Assembly (NCBI GenBank): GCA_951406725.2
Contig: OX597814.1
Coordinates: forward strand, 50,282,001 to 50,346,000
Reading direction: 5' to 3'
Origin: Octopus vulgaris
Taxonomy: Eukaryota
Length of the DNA stretch: 64,000 nt
Below are positions 27,600-38,592 of this stretch, piece by piece. The position numbers and the translations under genes were made by a program. The notes below the pieces were generated by a model. It saw only the letters and a program-made list of their open reading frames with translations, was not told the origin of the DNA and searched no databases. Numbering within the stretch: the stretch's first letter is position 1; every line of letters begins with the position of its first letter.

Positions 27600-28870
27600 G
27601 TGTGTATACATATAGTTTACTGTTCCATGAAGGTAAGAGCAACAAAAAGTATTCCATCCAATGAGAGATGGATATCATTTAATGTGCACAGTTTCAAAAT
27701 AAGAGCTACTAATAGTTTCTTGCCTTGAAGACACGTGGTTAAGCAAGATTTTTTAACGTGACTTGAGTCCGCATGCTATCACCAGACTCTGAGTACAAGG
27801 TTTGTTCTGTTTGAAAATAATGAAACTGGTACATAAGAAACAGCGAAAAAACTACGAGAAGGTTGATGCAAATAATGTAATGACAAGACAAAAAGTGAAT
27901 AAAAACGGAAAAAAAGCGAAAGTAATTTAGTGTTACGACCCCTTTGGCCATAAAAGTCAGTATTAACTAGTTGTAATTAATAATGACTTCAACGTAGTAG
28001 AGGAAAGAATAAACGCGACAGATATTCAATCCGAAGAGGATGGTGTCCTCTCGTTTGACAAAAGAAATTTATCCATATACTTGCTTTGGTGAAAATTTCG
28101 GATCTAGAATTAAGGAGTGTGGTGGAATTTTTGGATCTAAAAAGAATGTGCGATTTTTAAGCTACACATTTGTTGCATTTCTTAGATCCATTTACATATG
28201 AGTGGATTTCTCTACGGTTCTCCATTTCATTATATGTTGCGTGTAGCTAATCTTCAACCCCAATACGTGGCTATCCACCTTAGTAGCTTTATTTTGTTTG
28301 TGTGTGTGTTGGAAAGAAAACTAGTGGTATGCATAACGTTTCTTAAAATTGCCTTAACATAGGCTGACGTATTTTCAGTTACTTTATCTCGAAACCTTAC
28401 TTTGACTTCTGCCTCATAGACGACGGAGTTTATCTCACACTCCTGCTCAGATGGGCTAGCTTCAGGGTCTCGAGAGTAAAAACTTGGAGAGGGCCCTTGG
28501 TGACACTTATGAGTGATAATGTTCTTCATATTGGGTCCGCCACTGTATGACATTGTTTATCGAGCGTCTATTAAAGATCTTCCTGCATTTAGGGTTTACT
28601 GTGTAATACTTATCTAACAAAGCCATGAATTCCTCGCCTACATTAGTTTTAACATTTAGGGAGAATGTGGGGGTGAACCATATTATTTTTCTAGCTTTAA
28701 TTTTAGGTCTATTGTTAGGTTTCACATCTATACTTGAATATTTATAAGATATACTATTTCTGAAGCTGCTATTAGTCAAGGCATTGTTATGGTAGGGGGC
28801 TGCCTTAACAAATATTTCATTACTAAGAGAATAGATATCTTATTACTGATGTTAGCTATCATGATTTAAA
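27600..28870 (-). mobile_element. Decayed 5'-truncated Penelope-like element (Naiad-like): RT thumb, GIY-YIG, 3' UTR
   Basis: RKIIWFTPTFSLNVKTNVGEEF..KIFN..MSYSGGPNMKNII, SVVYEAEV, YVNGSKKCNKC, LNSRSEIFTK..DKFLLSN. Confidence 0.85.
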
Positions 28871-29157
28871 ACACTATAGGCGTAGGTGACAAGCTTTTGT
28901 TTTCTCATTCTACTTTTTGCATCAACCTTCTCGTTTTTTCTCGTGGCTTTTCATATGTACCAGCGTCCTGATTTTCAGACAGAATAAGCCATGTGCTCAG
29001 AGCCTCTAGATTACTTGGAGACACAAGGCACATTATAAAACCCGCCTAGCCACGTTCTTTACGACATGAAACTATTAGTGGTTTTTATTTTAATACGGTG
29101 TACATTAAATGATACACACACACCTGTTTGTGTTTATATATATATGTGTATATATAC

Positions 29158-29244
<87 letters not shown>

Positions 29245-29245
<1 letters not shown>

Positions 29246-29605
29246 GTGTAAATGATAGCTTTAATGGTTTTTAAAAAAAACAACAATTATTTACGGGTAG
29301 ATTTACGGGTAAATATAACCATTAACGGTAGGATCTTTTATAAAAGTTCAATATATATTTTTGTATATAAATAAAAGAGGCAAGCAACAGGTTGCTTAGC
29401 CACATACCGAAAAATTAGAAATAGCAGTCAAAGACTGTTTATTGCTATTTTATACAAATGAGACTCCACATACGACATATCCCTGTAATTCACATACGTA
29501 AAACAGAAGGAAGAAATAACGAAAGCAAAGTCTAATGGTTATTTACGAACGCGTTTCTAGATTAGGAATATAAACTCCATGTCTTTCATCAGCGTAAACC
29601 TCCAC
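29245..29605 (-). mobile_element. Short non-coding pLTR-like element next to (TA)n carrying an HHR
   Basis: Lies between microsatellites; contains the HHR at 29542-29598. Confidence 0.65.
29542..29598 (-). ncRNA. Type I hammerhead ribozyme, canonical core
   Basis: Minus strand tttacg-CTGATGA-aaga..tcta-GAAA-cgcg-TT-cgtaaa; perfect 6-bp stem I, palindromic stem III. Confidence 0.85.
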
Positions 29606-29671
29606 GCGCACACACAGACACGCATGCACACATGTATATATATTTATATATATATATATATATATAATATA

Positions 29672-29723
<52 letters not shown>

Positions 29724-32697
29724 GTATGCATATATGGCTACAAGACGTCACCAACAAATAAGTTCAAAACAAATGAGCTCAATACGCAAACAACGAGAGA
29801 AACAAATGGAAAACAGGACAAGTAACAAAGAAAGACCCTTCATAAGTTGTCGGCTGTCTATCCACTCCTCATTTCGAGCATTGAACAATATGAGTCTTCG
29901 AAGACAGTTGCTCCCATAAGTACCAAAATAAAATTTGGGATTTATGGAGGGTCAAAGATGGGAACAAAAACAGGGCATATATATAATCGTCAAGATAGAA
30001 TTTTGGTTCAGTTTAGCACACTGAAACATCAATGATGACGAATATGAGGGTGAAGAAGATGATGTTGGTAGTCATGATGATAATGATGATGATCATGACG
30101 ACCCGATGACGACGATGGTGGTGGTGGTGCTGCTGGTGCTGGTGCAAGTGGTGGTAGTGATGATGATGATGATGATGATGATATTTGTCACGAAACAACA
30201 CAAAAATAACAAAAGTGTTCACTGGTAAAAACTCGAAACCTACAAATTACGAGGTGACAAATACAATGTAATTCACACCAGAAGTTGACAGGTATGTGTT
30301 TATTCGATGTTCACTGGGGCAATAGGCAAAATTGCTTTTAGTTGCATTTCTTTACCTCTTATTCAAGATATAGTGCAATGCAGAGGGCACTTTCTCAGGG
30401 CCTCCAAAACAGGAAATTAAAAATTTACCCCTACATCTTGTCCTAAAACTCAACAGAATAGTGTCCACTAAAAACATTTCGGTGTTGGCTAGTGTGTTAA
30501 ACTAAGCGATGCATTAGGTCTCTCATATATGTAGTCCATGGACTGATTTGAATATAGAAGGCAAAGAGCCAGAAGAAATAAACTAGGCATTTTAAAGATT
30601 TCTGCCAATCCACTGCTCTAGATTGATACATTTTTATCGACCATAAAAACGAAGTTGACCTCGGTGGCATTTGAATTTAGAACAAATAGTGTCTAAACAA
30701 ATGCTGTGAGATATCCTATGCAAAACCTTCAAGCCCTTTGGCCACCTTAAATATTCAAAATTTAAATAGTTTTAAATGTCTCAAGGGGAAGAAGGGAACA
30801 AATTATCTTCAGGCCACAGATCTGGACCAATTGATTGAAATGGAATTGATTCTGTAGTGGGTACCCAAGGAACAGGTGACGATTTTTAACTAGACGACGG
30901 TTTAAAAACAGAAACGGTCCTTCCAATGGGCTTCCCCCAGTTTCTGTCGACTAAATTTCACTCACAAAGTTTTAGTTGATTCAAAGCTATTATAGAAGAC
31001 ATACGCCAAGATTTTGTTCAACATAATGGAATACGAAACCACATAGTTGCGAAGTGCTTTCAGTTAAAAGTAGTAAAATCATAGACAAAATATGAATACA
31101 GCCAAGAGACAAAAGACGAAGCATATAATGGTTTCTAATAATGGTGCGAGACCTGTAATTTGGTGGCAGAAGCTTAGTTGACTAAATCAATTTAACTAAT
31201 ACGTTATTGTATTGATTCCCATTGGAAGAAAAGCAAAGTTGACCTGTGCAGGATTTTAACACAGAATTTAAGAGTTAAGAATTTTACCAAACTCTAACGA
31301 TTCTGTCAATTCTTATAAATAACAGAAATTTTTCTTCTCTCCCTCGATAAAAGTCTTATAGCCAAAATCTGCTGACCTCTTCCGTTTTTCGTGGTACCTA
31401 CGTTTATTTAACACTTTATCCGTGAAATTACATTTCATGGTTATTCCAATAATGATGTTAGATATCTACCAAAAAACTGAATTGATGTTTTATGCAAGTC
31501 ACGTGAGATATATCAATAAACTTGACATATCTCAACATAAAATAGTTTCATACATGACATTTCTCAATAAAAGATAGTTTGGTATAAAAACTGCTTTCTG
31601 CGGTAATGAAATTTGTGTGAATGTACATGATCTCTACAGTAAAAGGGTTAATAGTACCACACTTTTGATAGAATAGCAAATAGTAAAAAGTTAAATGAAG
31701 ACGAAACTAATAATAATATTAAAGGAAATAGGAAAATTATGTCACTGAAAGTTTTGTATAAAAAAAAAAGCTATATGCTCCTATGAGAAACTGTAAATAC
31801 ATTTACAACTTTTATTTAATCAAAATAAATCATTGAAATATTGTGATTGATATGGATATCAGTTCTCAGTAGCTGAAGATACACTTTTTTACACCAATTT
31901 ATTGTTTGCTTGCTTCACTTTTACTTATCACTACCAAACTATCTCCCTAAGCTATGGAAAAAATAACGACTAGGCAACATGGGAAATCGTGGAGAGCGAG
32001 ATGTAATTTGATAAATTAATATAAATTTTCTGGACTTACCATTGAATCAGGTTTCATGACAACAGAATTCCCAACATATTTGATATCAGGTTAAAAAAAA
32101 AAATCACAGGGACTCAATTCGGTAATGAGACTTAACCACAAGGAAGCAGAAGTACAGAATATGGCTGTAAGTAAAAACAGCAAGTATAAACAAATGTTCA
32201 TGAATGGAGTGGCCTAAATCTTAGTAATTTACAATCAAATGAAACTACTGCTCCAGCAAGGTACTGGCCTTGATGACTAAAACAAAGAACACGATTATGA
32301 ACTAACGAGATATCCTGTTTGTAATCGCTCGAAGTGCGAAATATGTCGCCAAATAACAACTTATATTGAAAAAGGAACGAGACATTGTCTAGTGTGATCC
32401 TAAGTTCACTGTTTTCAAAATACATGGAATGGTAATGGCTAAAATGTTTTCACTCAAACATCTGTTCGATAAAAAGTGAACTGGAACTAAGTAAGAACTG
32501 AACATCACAGAATTTATTTGCCGATTCTGCATTTTTACAGAATTCTTTTCAAAATCACAATACTTTATGTTATAAATGAGTAACATAATGTTTTTTTTAA
32601 AATGTTTACCTTTCAAAAACTAGACTCATATGTGTACGTGTGTATGTGCATAGGGGCGTATGTGTGCGTGTCTATTATGTATGTATATGTACGTATG

Positions 32698-32748
<51 letters not shown>

Positions 32749-32845
32749 CGGGAAGCTTTATGAAAATAGACAAAAGACGAAGGCAGGTGGAAAACAAACA
32801 AACAATTGTATTAGTATGGCGCTCAGGAAATATAAATAAAACAAG

Positions 32846-32883
32846 TCTTTAACGTTTCGAGCCTACGCTCTTCAACAGAAAGA
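32846..32883 (-). ncRNA. Minimal hammerhead-like motif with CUGUUGA core
   Basis: Minus strand tcttt-CTGTTGA-a-gagc-gtag-gctc-GAAA-cg-TT-aaaga; stems intact, A6 replaced by U. Confidence 0.72.
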
Positions 32884-33051
32884 TACACAGAGAGAAAAAA
32901 ACACAGAAAGAAGGAGAGAAAAAAAATGCGTGCAGTAACTAACGAATCAACATGGCGATCTGATTTCGGCCAGAGGTCAAAGATCAAACATGAGACGCGA
33001 GAGCGAAATAAGGGGAGATAATAGGGTTGATAATAGGGTTGAATGACCAGC

Positions 33052-33400
33052 TATTAGTGCGTAGGAGAAGTCTGGACGTGTGTATGTATAGGGTTGGTGT
33101 ATGTATTAGTATGTATTAGTATGTATAAGGGTGTGTGTGTGTGTGTGTGTGTGTATGAGAGAGTATTAGTGCGTAGGATAGGTCTGGACGTGCGTATGTA
33201 TGGGGTTGGTGTATGTATTAGTATGTATTAGTATGTATTAGTACGTATTAGTATGTATAAGTGTGTGTGTGTGTGTATGAGAGAGTATAAGTGCGTATGA
33301 GGGGTCTGGACGTGTGTATGTATAGGGTTGGTGTATGTATTAGTATGTATTAGTATGTATTAGTACGTATTAGTATGTATTAGTTGGTGTATGTATTAGT
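33052..33400. repeat. About 120-bp tandem repeat (3 copies) with internal (tattagtatg)n subrepeats in the PLE 3' UTR
   Basis: Unit gtgcgta.ga...gtctggacgtg.gtatgtat.gggttggtgtatgtattag repeated three times. Confidence 0.88.
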
Positions 33401-33723
33401 ATGGCACATCATATATGATGTGATGTGTAAAGTCGTGTGGTGTAGTGAGGAGAAGAGGGGGAGGGGGAGGAGAAGGGGAGGGGAAGAAGAGGAGGAGGAT
33501 AGGAGGGGGGGAGAGAGAGGAGGGGGAGAAGGAAGGGGAGGCGGAGGGGGAGGAAGGAGGAAAGAGGGAGAGAGAGAAGGGGAGTGAGGGAGCAGAGGGA
33601 AGGGGAAGAGGGAAAGAGGGAGGGAGAAAGAGGGAAGAAGGGAAGGGGAGTAGGGGTGAAAGGATGAAGGACTGAAGAAGTAGGGGTCGGGGGGGGAAGG
33701 ATAGGTGAGGGGGGAGAGGGGGG

Positions 33724-35616
33724 TTAGATGAGGAGGGGGAGAGTGAGACCAAATGGCGTATAAGAGCGAAGAGAGAAGATTAATTCTTGTTCACGGCGCA
33801 AACGGGAATCCGGATGGCCTCTGTGTAAGGACAAACCGAACACAGATAGATGTTGCAAGGAGTGACCGGTGGAGCGGAAATGGCGAGAGACCGGTGTGTC
33901 GTTCGCAAGGTGGATGTCACGAAGGTGTTCCGCGAACCGGTCAGCCAAGCGGCGTCCCGTTTGTCCGATGTACAAGGAATGGCAGAGAGAGCAAGAGATG
34001 CAATAGATAATATTGCTGGAGGTGCAGGTGAAGGAGTGGATGATGGGATAGGGTCGATGGTGGGTGCTAGTGAGGAGGGTGGTGTTGGAGAGGTAAGGGC
34101 AAGTGCGGCAACGTGGGCGGGAGCAGGGGAACGAGCTGGGTTGGGAGGTAGGGTCAGGGAAGGAGCTATGGACCAAAAGGTCTCGAAGGTTGTGGGCTCG
34201 TTTGAAAGAGGGGAGGGGTCGGTTAGGGAAGAGGTGTGAAGTGGACGGGTCGGACTGGAGATGACGGAAAGCTCGAAGAATGGTGCGTTGGAGACGTAGG
34301 GTCGTGGGGTGGTAAGTGAGGGGAAAAGGGAGGCGGGAGACTACAGGGCGGGTTCGGGGAGAGAGAGCAGATACACGGTCCACGGACCGTGCTCTGGCAA
34401 GGGCGGTGTGGATAGTGGTGAGGGGGTATCCACGTAGGGTGAAGTGGTGAGCCATACGTTGAGACTGAGTCTCAAAGTCATGGTCGTCACTACAGAGCCT
34501 ACGTAGACGGAGGAATTGGGAATAGGGGATGGAAAGCTTGGTGTGTTCTGGGTGGGAGGAAGAGAAGTTGAGGTATGAGTGTGAGTCTGTGTGTTTGTAG
34601 TGAATGGAGGTGGTAAGAGTGGAGTGAAGAATGCTAACCGAAATGTCGAGGAAGGAGACAGAGGTGTTGGAGATAGTGGAAGTGAAGTGGAGGGCTGGAT
34701 GGAAAGATTGGACGAAAGAGAGGAAGGAATCTAGATGTTCACGGGAGAGTGAGGTGGCACTGATAATGTCGTCAATGTAACGACCATATAGTTCAGGAGT
34801 GGGACCAGTGAAATTAGAGAATATTTGGGCCTCAACATAGCCAACGAACAGGTTCGCATAGTTGGGGCCCATTCGCGTTCCCATGGCCACTCCCGAGACC
34901 TGATGGTAGAACTCGCCCGCGAACGAGAAGCAGTTCAGAGTAAGGACAAGTTCGGCCAGACGAATGAGTGTGGAGGTGTCAGGTACAGGGTTAGAGCGCA
35001 GGTCAAGAAAGTGTCGAAGGGCCTGCAGTCCTTCGTGGTGAGGGATAACAGTATAGAAGCTTTGGATGTCCATAGTAAAAAGTATTTTGGAGGAGCCGGG
35101 AGGAAAGGAGAAAGAGTTGAAAAGCCGGAGTGCATGGTTGGTATCGTGGATGTGGGAGGGAAGAGATGCCACTAGGGGGGCAAGGACACGGTCGAGGTAT
35201 TTAGAGATGAGCTCCGTGGGGCAGTTACAGGCGGAGACGATGGGGCGGCCAGGGTTGTTGGGTTTGTGGATTTTGGGGAGGAAGTAAATGGTGGGGGTAC
35301 GTGGGGTTCGCACAATTAGGTTGGATGCGGTGCGGGGGAGACGGGAGGACGAGATGAGGTCGCGGACAGTAGAGGATACCGTCTGTTGGTAGGTACGTGT
35401 GGGGTTAGAGGGCAGAGGGGAATAGAAGGAGGTGTCATTGAGTTGGCGGAAAGCCTCGGCCCTATAGAGGTCCGCGCGCCACACCACTACAGCTCCACCC
35501 TTGTCAGCCGGTTTGATGATAATGTCAGCGCGCCGTTGGAGGGAACGAAGAGCCAAGAGCTCAGCCGGGGAGATGTTGAGGCGGCGTTGGCGCCTGGAGA
35601 AGTTGAACCGCTCCAA
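33724..35616 (-). CDS. Penelope-like reverse transcriptase / GIY-YIG endonuclease (N-terminally truncated, 630 aa uninterrupted)
   Basis: KPADKGGAVV, LPKIHKPNNPGRPIVS, MDIQSFYT, GVAMGTRMGPNYANLF, RYIDDI, CSRPRCRTC linker, IIYCISCSLCHSLYIGQTGRRLADRFAEH; starts at TTG, so the true start is missing. Confidence 0.95.
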   Translation of the reverse strand: MERFNFSRRQRRLNISPAELLALRSLQRRADIIIKPADKGGAVVVWRADLYRAEAFRQLNDTSFYSPLPSNPTRTYQQTVSSTVRDLISSSRLPRTASNLIVRTPRTPTIYFLPKIHKPNNPGRPIVSACNCPTELISKYLDRVLAPLVASLPSHIHDTNHALRLFNSFSFPPGSSKILFTMDIQSFYTVIPHHEGLQALRHFLDLRSNPVPDTSTLIRLAELVLTLNCFSFAGEFYHQVSGVAMGTRMGPNYANLFVGYVEAQIFSNFTGPTPELYGRYIDDIISATSLSREHLDSFLSFVQSFHPALHFTSTISNTSVSFLDISVSILHSTLTTSIHYKHTDSHSYLNFSSSHPEHTKLSIPYSQFLRLRRLCSDDHDFETQSQRMAHHFTLRGYPLTTIHTALARARSVDRVSALSPRTRPVVSRLPFPLTYHPTTLRLQRTILRAFRHLQSDPSTSHLFPNRPLPSFKRAHNLRDLLVHSSFPDPTSQPSSFPCSRPRCRTCPYLSNTTLLTSTHHRPYPIIHSFTCTSSNIIYCISCSLCHSLYIGQTGRRLADRFAEHLRDIHLANDTPVSRHFRSTGHSLQHLSVFGLSLHRGHPDSRLRREQELIFSLRSYTPFGLTLPLLI

Positions 35617-35679
35617 TGCACGCTGACAGAAATATTGAATTTCTAAATCTCTCGTAGAGACATGTACGGTGGTGGGGCG

Positions 35680-35890
35680 ATAGAATGGTTGTATACTGTC
35701 AATCTAACAAGAACGTGACAGTAGGGGGTACACCACCGTTGTATAGCCCTAGGAAGCATCGAACGCCTCCTGACAGCTTCGACACAAAAAATGTGCCGAA
35801 GCTGTCAGGAGGTGTTCGATGCCTCCTAGGGCTATACAACGGTGGTGTACCCCCTACTGTCACGTTCTTGTTAGATTGACAGTATACAAC

Positions 35891-35898
<8 letters not shown>
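35680..35898. repeat. Near-perfect palindrome (about 105-bp arms, A5 loop)
   Basis: atagaatggttgtatactgtc...cttcgacaca-aaaaa-tgtgccgaag...gacagtatacaaccattctat; three mismatches seen. Confidence 0.95.
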
Positions 35899-35938
<40 letters not shown>

Positions 35939-36003
35939 TTTGCCATTCATTTTTTAATTGATATTATGTCCTACACTAACTTAGTGGTATATTACAAAAT
36001 ATA

Positions 36004-36235
36004 AAGGCGGCGAGCTGGCAGAAACGTTAGCACGCCGAGCGAAATGCTTAGAGGTATTTCATCAGTCTGTACGTTCTGAATTCAAATTCCGCCGAGGTCG
36101 ACTTTGCTTTCATTCTTTTGGGGTCGATTAAACAAGTACCAGTTACGCACTGGAGTCGATATAATCGACTTAATCCATTAGTCTGTCTTTGTTTGTGCGC
36201 TCTGTGTGTAGCCCCTTGTGGGCAGTAAAGAAACA
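36004..36235 (+). mobile_element. Full-length SINE (Meta-domain-like) with 19-bp TSD
   Basis: Head ggcggcgagctggcagaaacgttagc, core gactttgctttcattcttttggggtcgattaaacaagtacc; TSD ggtatattacaaaatataa at 35986 and 36236. Confidence 0.9.
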
Positions 36236-36345
36236 GGTATATTACAAAATATAAGTAATTTTGTTTCTAACAAGTTTTTTTATTAGAATCGTTGTAGTTA
36301 AACGGAGTCATAACATAATAACATATGTACATATGTGTGTAAGCA

Positions 36346-36483
36346 TGAGTTCAAATTCCGCCGAGGGCGACTTTGCCGTTCACTCTTTCGGGGTCGATAA
36401 ATTAAGTACCATTTGAAACTAGGGGCGATATAATCGACTTACCACTCCCCCAAATTTCAAGCCTTGTGCCTATAGTAGAAAGG

Positions 36484-36535
<52 letters not shown>
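36346..36535 (+). mobile_element. 5'-truncated SINE with (ATT)n tail
   Basis: gagttcaaattccgccgagggcgactttgcc...tttcggggtcgataaattaagtacc followed by an att repeat. Confidence 0.85.
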
Positions 36536-38196
36536 GCGACGGAGGCACTATTAATACCAAGAGTTAATCTTAATATCCAACTTAAGATGGATGTCTTGTT
36601 AGATCACCAAATACTCCGTCATTAGCCCTGAGAGATCATATCATACAAGAGCTTGTTGCATAAAAGCACACACATAGATCTTAGCAGACGATAATCATTT
36701 GTCTTGAACGCCATAACTAACGTAATTTATTTTACTGGAAATCATCACGTGATTTAATTTTATTGGAAATCGTCTTTGGGAAGTATTCGGTCACTGCAAG
36801 CCTGTCAAATCACTCACACATATAAAATGGCAACAATAACGGAAAGAAACATACCGAACCTATCACTGTCGTGTAATAATGGTCACAACAATCTAATATC
36901 TATAGAAATAAATAAACACGGTCACGTAGAAAGTGCGATGACTGAAATTAAGAACAAATGTTTATTAGTTATATTTTATATTATTTAAAAGCAGTCAACA
37001 GGCTCTAGGATAACATATAAGTAAAATTCGTTATTATATAAAAATCTTAATTAGACCTGCTAATTACATTTTAGAAGCATATATGCATTTAAAACTCTTG
37101 CTATAAACCAGTAAGAACCAACGATTGTAGTCTGCAGCGTCTGTCAGTATCGAAATCTCTAAGAAAATAACAACGCCAAGTTGTCAACGCAACAAAAGTT
37201 AAAATTAATTATGAACAATGAATTAGAGAGACATATATCAACATAAAATTTAGATACATGGGCTTGAAAAACGAAACAAATAATTCAAACAATATGAATA
37301 GTTCCATCTATAAAAAATATTAGAGGATAAAACTCTGTAGGAAGTGGAGAGAAAAAAATATTAAAAACAACAAGAGAACAAAATTGAACCAGCGCACTGC
37401 CTTCATAACAGAAATATTAAAGATATTAAAACTGAAACGGTAATCACCTGGAATAAGCAAAATCGTAAATACGCCATCTACGTCTTACACTCTCAGATCT
37501 TAATATAATAAATTACGTGCCAGATACCAAAAAATAGCTGACATAAAAAAAATTATTCTGGCGAAATAAAGAAAATTAAATGATTTCTCAAAGTATAGAC
37601 CATTCCCAAGTTTTTCTACATTCTGTACGACTTACAATACTTATAACGATATATAACTATGTTAAGATAAACTTCTACCAAAAGAACAGGAGGAATACGA
37701 GATGAATTAATTATAAATGCCGGTTACAATAGTAAAACAATATTACAAAATTTTAGTTAAAAAGTAAACTCATGCTACCTGGATAGATTGCCAACACACA
37801 TTCATATATAAGATATCACATTCATGGATTCTTGCATCGATGAATATCTATTTATAAAGCTTGCATTCCCAAGTGAAGAACAAAACTATAATTAAATTTA
37901 AAATGACAATTTACAATAGATATTGAACATTTAGGGAATAATTCTTCTCTTATCTTATCTGTCTGACTTTGTTCCGTTATATACAATCCTCAATTCAACA
38001 AGAATTAAAACTTTTTAGCAGAAACAAGGCCTGAACTACATCAAAGTAAACAGTAGTTGAGGGACAGCTGAAAAGTCCTTTTTACTTTGAAAAATGTTAT
38101 ACAGCTTTCATCAACTTTGAGTTTGTAGTTTACAATTGTATAATTATATACAATTGTGCAATTTTATACAATTTTATGTTATAGGAAACCCGTACT

Positions 38197-38592
38197 AAGG
38201 ATCTTTTCGGTTTGAACGGCAGTTTTTAACATAATTTCTAGGTGACTAAAAAAATTTTAAACTTCGTATACTGGTAGAATGTGTTTATAAAACATCTTTT
38301 TCTCTTGGCTTTATTGAGAAAATTCTATAGTTTGTAAGATATTTGTTGTTGTTTTTTCTTCAATTTCTGCAATTTCAACCAATCAATGATGTCTATTGAG
38401 TTAAAAAGCATCCTGTGCCGTATGAATATGTCCCTCGTTTAAGAAACAGATTGGGTTTATTTACATTTGTGAAGAAAAAAAGATACCCTTCCCCCACCCC
38501 TAACCCTAACCCTAAAAGAGATTGAAATGCAATATATCGATTCTAGGGTCATAATTATGGGTGACAATTTCATATGACACTGCTAGAAAAAA
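38197..38592 (+). mobile_element. Non-autonomous DNA element with internal (TAACCC)n; right end truncated
   Basis: Starts aaggatcttttcggtttgaacggcagttttt; cccctaaccctaaccctaa at about 38497-38515; only aaaaaac remains of a matching right TIR. Confidence 0.5.

Larger units (their letters stand above)
32747..35630 (-). mobile_element. Penelope-like retroelement (Neptune-like), 5'-truncated, with about 1-kb 3' UTR and HHR
   Basis: Intact RT+EN ORF, a 3' UTR with a pyrimidine tract and tandem repeats, an HHR about 100 nt from the 3' end, and a 3' end abutting (TA)n. Confidence 0.93.

Noticed and set aside
27700-27765. Possible HHR at the 3' end of the Naiad-like fragment (minus strand GAAA-ctattag-TA-gctc)
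   Set aside because: The CUGANGA half is not recognisable; at most a decayed relic
33052-33400. CRISPR-like repeat-spacer array
   Set aside because: Eukaryotic context, units are plain tandem repeats without unique spacers, and no cas genes
33753-35646. Plus-strand ORFs overlapping the PLE ORF
   Set aside because: Antisense shadows of a GC-rich coding region with no recognisable motifs
35685-35950. Mirror-image ORFs MVVYCQSNKNVTVGGTPP on both strands
   Set aside because: Consequence of the palindrome; no evidence of translation
36900-37950. Possible very old PLE-like RT relic (FSTFCTT resembling DFSTLYT)
   Set aside because: Too decayed to support without a profile search
38497-38515. (TAACCC)n as a telomere remnant
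   Set aside because: Only about 3 units, inside an apparent dispersed repeat
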